A stretch of DNA of 63,302 nucleotides, counting the filler, from Globobulimina sp. (taxonomy: Eukaryota): NCBI GenBank assembly GCA_003354225.1. It is 40 parts of 40 records of this genome, joined end to end, with 100 filler letters (N's around TTAATTAATTAA, not from the genome) between each part and the next. Parts side by side here need not be neighbours in the genome. Positions count along the whole stretch, not along the records: positions 58,651 to 60,134 come from PIVH01015955.1; positions 60,235 to 61,718 come from PIVH01015956.1; positions 61,819 to 63,302 come from PIVH01015957.1; 37 more parts are not named here. One strand, given 5' to 3'. The notes beneath the pieces were generated by a model, which was given only the letters and a program-made list of their open reading frames with translations, ran no database searches and was not told the origin of the DNA. Made by a program: the position numbers and the translations under genes. Each line of letters starts with the position of its first letter. Position 1 is the stretch's first letter. Positions 59,342-63,302 of this stretch are shown here, piece by piece.

Positions 59342-60103
59342 ATGGCAGAAAAAACTACGCGTCCGTCAGAGTCTGCAGTCGACGCATTTGAAGCAGGACA
59401 TGAAGTATATATGGATGAGGTTGCTCCGTGCATTTGGTTGGGCGAAAAGAGAGCAGCCTACGACTCTGAAATTGAGACATTAAAAAAACATAATATATGC
59501 GGTGTAGTGTCCATCGGTTATTACCAGGAATGGTGGAAGTTTCGACAAAATCCAAAACATTTATTACTAAATATCGAAGACTCGCCCTACGTATTTATAA
59601 CCGATTATTTCTCGCAAGTTTTTAAATTTATCGACGATATTATTTTGGACGGCAACAACAATAATAATATATTGATACATTGCGAACAAGGCCGGTCTCG
59701 TTCGGGTGCCATGGTCATTGCCTATTTGATGAAAAAATATAAGCAGTCTTACCCGGAGACATTAAACAAAGTATTACTTCATCGCAAGCGTGTTATGCCC
59801 AACATCGGTTTTCAAATTCAATTGCGAACATTTGGCAAATATTTATGGAATACGCAATTAAAATACTCTCAGAAATTGATTGATATCGATAAAGAGTTAC
59901 AAACAGCATTAAAGAATTTGGCCCATCAAGTCTCGCGATTACAACTTGACATTCGTTCCTCTGAGAAGATCTTTGTTACATTTGACACAAAAGTCGTTCA
60001 TAAGAAGCGATTGGTTCGTATTGGTTTAGGTAATGATGATTTGTCACAGTATCGCAAGGAGTGGGTATTGTTGGTCTTTTTATGGCATCAGTTTCAACTT
60101 TAG
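59342..60103 (+). CDS. Dual-specificity protein phosphatase
   Basis: +WLG, IED, ILIHCEQGRSRS, AYLM, PN.GF..QL. Confidence 0.93.
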   Translation: MAEKTTRPSESAVDAFEAGHEVYMDEVAPCIWLGEKRAAYDSEIETLKKHNICGVVSIGYYQEWWKFRQNPKHLLLNIEDSPYVFITDYFSQVFKFIDDIILDGNNNNNILIHCEQGRSRSGAMVIAYLMKKYKQSYPETLNKVLLHRKRVMPNIGFQIQLRTFGKYLWNTQLKYSQKLIDIDKELQTALKNLAHQVSRLQLDIRSSEKIFVTFDTKVVHKKRLVRIGLGNDDLSQYRKEWVLLVFLWHQFQL

Positions 60104-60547
60104 AAAATTGGTGTACATAATTCCGTTATTACTANNNNNNNNNNNNNNNNNNNNNNNNNNNNNNNNNNNNNNNNNNNNTTAATTAATTAANNNNNNNNNN
60201 NNNNNNNNNNNNNNNNNNNNNNNNNNNNNNNNNNAAAATTTGACATTATATGTATCTCTTTAGTAAATCTCTGTAGGCCAAATTTCAGCTTCATATCTGC
60301 TTTAGAACAAGAGAAAAACAATAAAAGGTTACAAAAAGTTGTATATGGTATATATATGGAACTCTACTTAGATAATTTTCGGATACCTAAAGGTAAAAAT
60401 TTATTTTTAATTAAATAATTAAAAATGATTGATCTTCTCTATAAACCCTTGAGTATATACTACGTATATCTTCTCAAGGGGATAATTCATGGTATTGAGA
60501 AATCTTTCTAAACCCAACATGAACTTCTTGTTCCTCTTGGGGATAAT

Positions 60548-61718
60548 TTGAAACATACTAAATGGAGTATTCTCCATTCCCTTTATGATCCAAAATGTTC
60601 CGATCACATTCCTATAATCACCACCTTTGAAGTTGAGAACGTTTTTGGATTCAGTGAAACAAAAAAAACCTGGAACCTCTCAAATCAGAGAAAGTGGATA
60701 AAATATACAGAATCATTGGAAACCAATATAAATGAGACAACTTTTGATCCAGATCCAAATATTCACACTGAACAGTTAACATATCTCATATTGTACACAG
60801 CTGAACAAACAATTGGATACAAACACTATTATAGAGGACACAAACCATGGTGGAATAATAAAATAAAGAAACTAAAGAAAAAATGTAAAAGATTAAGACG
60901 CAGAATTCAAAGAATAAAGAAGAATGCAAAACGACTTTTAACTGATTTCCATCTTTTCCCAAAATATATAAGACTGAAACAAAGGTTAAACAAACTCCAA
61001 TCTAAGAAATGTAAATCCATAATTTCAGCGAAAAACGATTATAATGTCCGATTAAATAAATATATACAAACGTGCAAGGATTATGGCAGACGTTTTTGGC
61101 GCACAATATCCTGCAATAAATCAAATAATATCAACACTAATAATATTCCACCATTAAACTTTAAAAATGATCTGAATATCACTGATCCAATAAAACAAGC
61201 AAAGGCCCTCCAAGAGGCTATGACGAGACCTCCGAAGCCAAAAACAAGCCAAACCCATGAAAATTGGCATAAATACATTAATAAATTTGTCCCTGAATAC
61301 CTAATAAACCATAAAAATAATCCTGAGAATGAAATCAAAAATAAAAATAATATCATAGAGGATAAGCAAAAACAAAATATGAATAATGATATCCAAACTC
61401 CTTCGCAAATAAACACTGAAATCCCAATTCCCAATAATAAATACCAAATATTAAATGATCCAATCCTTTCATATGAAATCCGTTCAGTTATTCGTAATTT
61501 AGATACGCATAAAGCATACGGTCCAGATAGAATACACAACCAAATGATAAAACATGGTGGTGAAGCTTTAATAAATTGTCTGATCCCATTATTTAATAAT
61601 TGCATGACCAAAGGCGTGTTCCCGGGATATTGGAACTTTTCACACTTATACTTCCAATCCCGAAACCGTATAAAGACCACAGTAATCCAAAAAATTACCG
61701 ACCCATTGCAGTCTCGTC
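60548..61718 (+). mobile_element. LINE ORF2 fragment (end of APE endonuclease, tether, start of RT); frameshift ~61645
   Basis: SDHIPI, KPWWN, KAYGPD.I.N.MIK, LFN.C...G.FP..W; shifted frame continues LILPIPKP.KD.S.P.NYRPIAV. Confidence 0.93.
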
Positions 61719-62123
61719 NNNNNNNNNNNNNNNNNNNNNNNNNNNNNNNNNNNNNNNNNNNNTTAATTAATTAANNNNNNNNNNNNNNNNNNNNNNNNNN
61801 NNNNNNNNNNNNNNNNNNGAATTTACAGTTTTTTACAGATTATTCAAAATAAAAACATTGAAAGTCAAAATTGAATTCTTAAAGGTTGTGTTTCAACGGG
61901 AACCATTAACATTTTATTATTAACCTATTTTCCTTCCCTAAACTCACAAAAACACTATATCTCGAAAACATTGTTTTTATTCGGAATTCACTGCTGGTAA
62001 AGTGAAACGTCATTAATATATTACGAAAAAACATGTTATTTAAATAAGCATTAGGTTTAAATTTATAAATGACATTACATAAAACGAAGTTGCATTATTT
62101 ATTCACTTTAGTGCACGTATTCA

Positions 62124-63119
62124 CTATTCAATAACATGTATATTATGTCTACAATCTGGACATGTTTGTTTGCCGACCAACCACGGATACACACATTTGC
62201 AATGATATTTGTGTAAACATGGTAATATCTTAACACTGTCGCCGTTTACAAATTCCGCACAGCATATTTGACATTGCATTTCCTGGACACCCTTTTCATG
62301 CCATACTAAAGTTGGAAGTCTTTCAATATGGTGAGCTACGGAGATAGATGTCAACGGAGTGTTATCTGTCAAAATCCGACAGCCATCAATGTCCCAAGCA
62401 TTATGTATATGATATTCTTCCAGCGGATTGCTTGATAAATCCAACAATTCCAAGTTGTGTGGAACTTCTGTTTGTATGTTTGTTAATCCATTTTGACTTA
62501 AACTTAATGATATTAATGAAGCAGGTAACGTATCGCTAATATCAGTGGTGACAAATTGTATGTTATTTTTGGCCAAATTCAATAATTGTAATGATGATAA
62601 ACTCCGAAGATTACCAATGTCCTCAAAAGAACCAATCTCGTTTCCTTCCAAAGATAACACTCTTAAATTCTGCGGAAGACTCAGTGTGTTAAGTCCACGG
62701 ATTTTATTATAATTTAAATCCAGTCTACGTAATGATGTTAAATACGTTAAATCCATTGAGAAATCTGCAAAATTTAGTTTATTTGATGCTAAATATAGCT
62801 CAACTAAACCTGACGGGAATTGTGCATTCTTTAATGATGAAATGTTATTCAGCGATAAGTGTATTATTGTTACATGTGCGGGAAATTTGATATTGTCCAA
62901 ATTGTTAATACGTTTATTCTGTAGATGACAGGAATTGCCTGCTTTGCAATGTCTATTGACAATATCTTTAACTGTTGGTTCCGTTTGCTTGACCACATAC
63001 GCAGCGAATGAGTTGTGTCGATTTGTAGTCTTTGTTTTTCCGCCACAACAACCAAATGCAAATGATATATCGAAGAAATTTAACAAAATGATTAATAATG
63101 AGAAAGCTGACATGTTCAC
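62124..63119 (-). CDS. Signal peptide + LRR + RING-H2 protein
   Basis: Hydrophobic N-terminus, about seven LxxLxLxxN repeats, C-terminal CQIC...LPC.H.YH..C+..WL....CP.C; no TM helix. Confidence 0.88.
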   Translation of the reverse strand: MNMSAFSLLIILLNFFDISFAFGCCGGKTKTTNRHNSFAAYVVKQTEPTVKDIVNRHCKAGNSCHLQNKRINNLDNIKFPAHVTIIHLSLNNISSLKNAQFPSGLVELYLASNKLNFADFSMDLTYLTSLRRLDLNYNKIRGLNTLSLPQNLRVLSLEGNEIGSFEDIGNLRSLSSLQLLNLAKNNIQFVTTDISDTLPASLISLSLSQNGLTNIQTEVPHNLELLDLSSNPLEEYHIHNAWDIDGCRILTDNTPLTSISVAHHIERLPTLVWHEKGVQEMQCQICCAEFVNGDSVKILPCLHKYHCKCVYPWLVGKQTCPDCRHNIHVIE

Positions 63120-63302
63120 ATTAAATGATAAAGTTTTTAACTATAGATCTCCACATTTAACAAGACAACTATATAAATCATTTAATTTCGTCTGTATCTA
63201 ACAAATAGATTCATATTTGTGACAGAACGCAATGTTTTTATGAAAAGACCCAAAATTTGAACTCAGAAAACTTCCTTCACAGTTGTTTGCTTATACCATC
63301 CT

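Noticed and set aside
1..63302. Gene neighbourhoods across spacers (e.g. PIWI next to PEX26), rRNA/tRNA genes, or a non-standard genetic code
   Set aside because: Contigs are unrelated; no rRNA or tRNA was recognised by eye; TAA, TAG and TGA all end conserved genes at expected positions.

Overview
This window is not one locus. It is 40 unrelated contigs sorted by length (1486, then 1485, then 1484 bp), joined by artificial 100-nt spacers (N44-TTAATTAATTAA-N44), so nothing can be inferred across spacers. Most contigs come from a very AT-rich, intron-containing microbial eukaryote. Gene content and style suggest Rhizaria/Foraminifera, but that is inference. Recognisable eukaryotic genes or fragments include FEN1, a delta-12 desaturase, prolyl 4-hydroxylase, SMG8, a NUDT6-like Nudix hydrolase, ketopantoate reductase, profilin, an SR protein, arylsulfatase, a DUSP, RING/MARCH ligases and a C2H2 zinc finger. 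Less routine calls are a PEX26/APEM9-like protein, a CC1-box dynein-adaptor-like protein, an erythromycin-esterase-family protein and a very divergent PIWI domain. Two contigs look bacterial: an integron gene-cassette array with a textbook attC site (26961-28445) and part of a polysaccharide gene cluster (55483-56966). Non-coding DNA holds several unannotated DNA-transposon families: a complete 1.3-kb PIF/Harbinger-type element with TTA target duplication, two MITE families seen in more than one contig, and foldback palindromes. There are also LINE and gag fragments. Many contigs are internal mosaics of unrelated gene pieces and carry 1-2 nt frameshifts, most simply explained by amplification or assembly artefacts. 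All protein calls come from motif recognition by eye; no searches were run.
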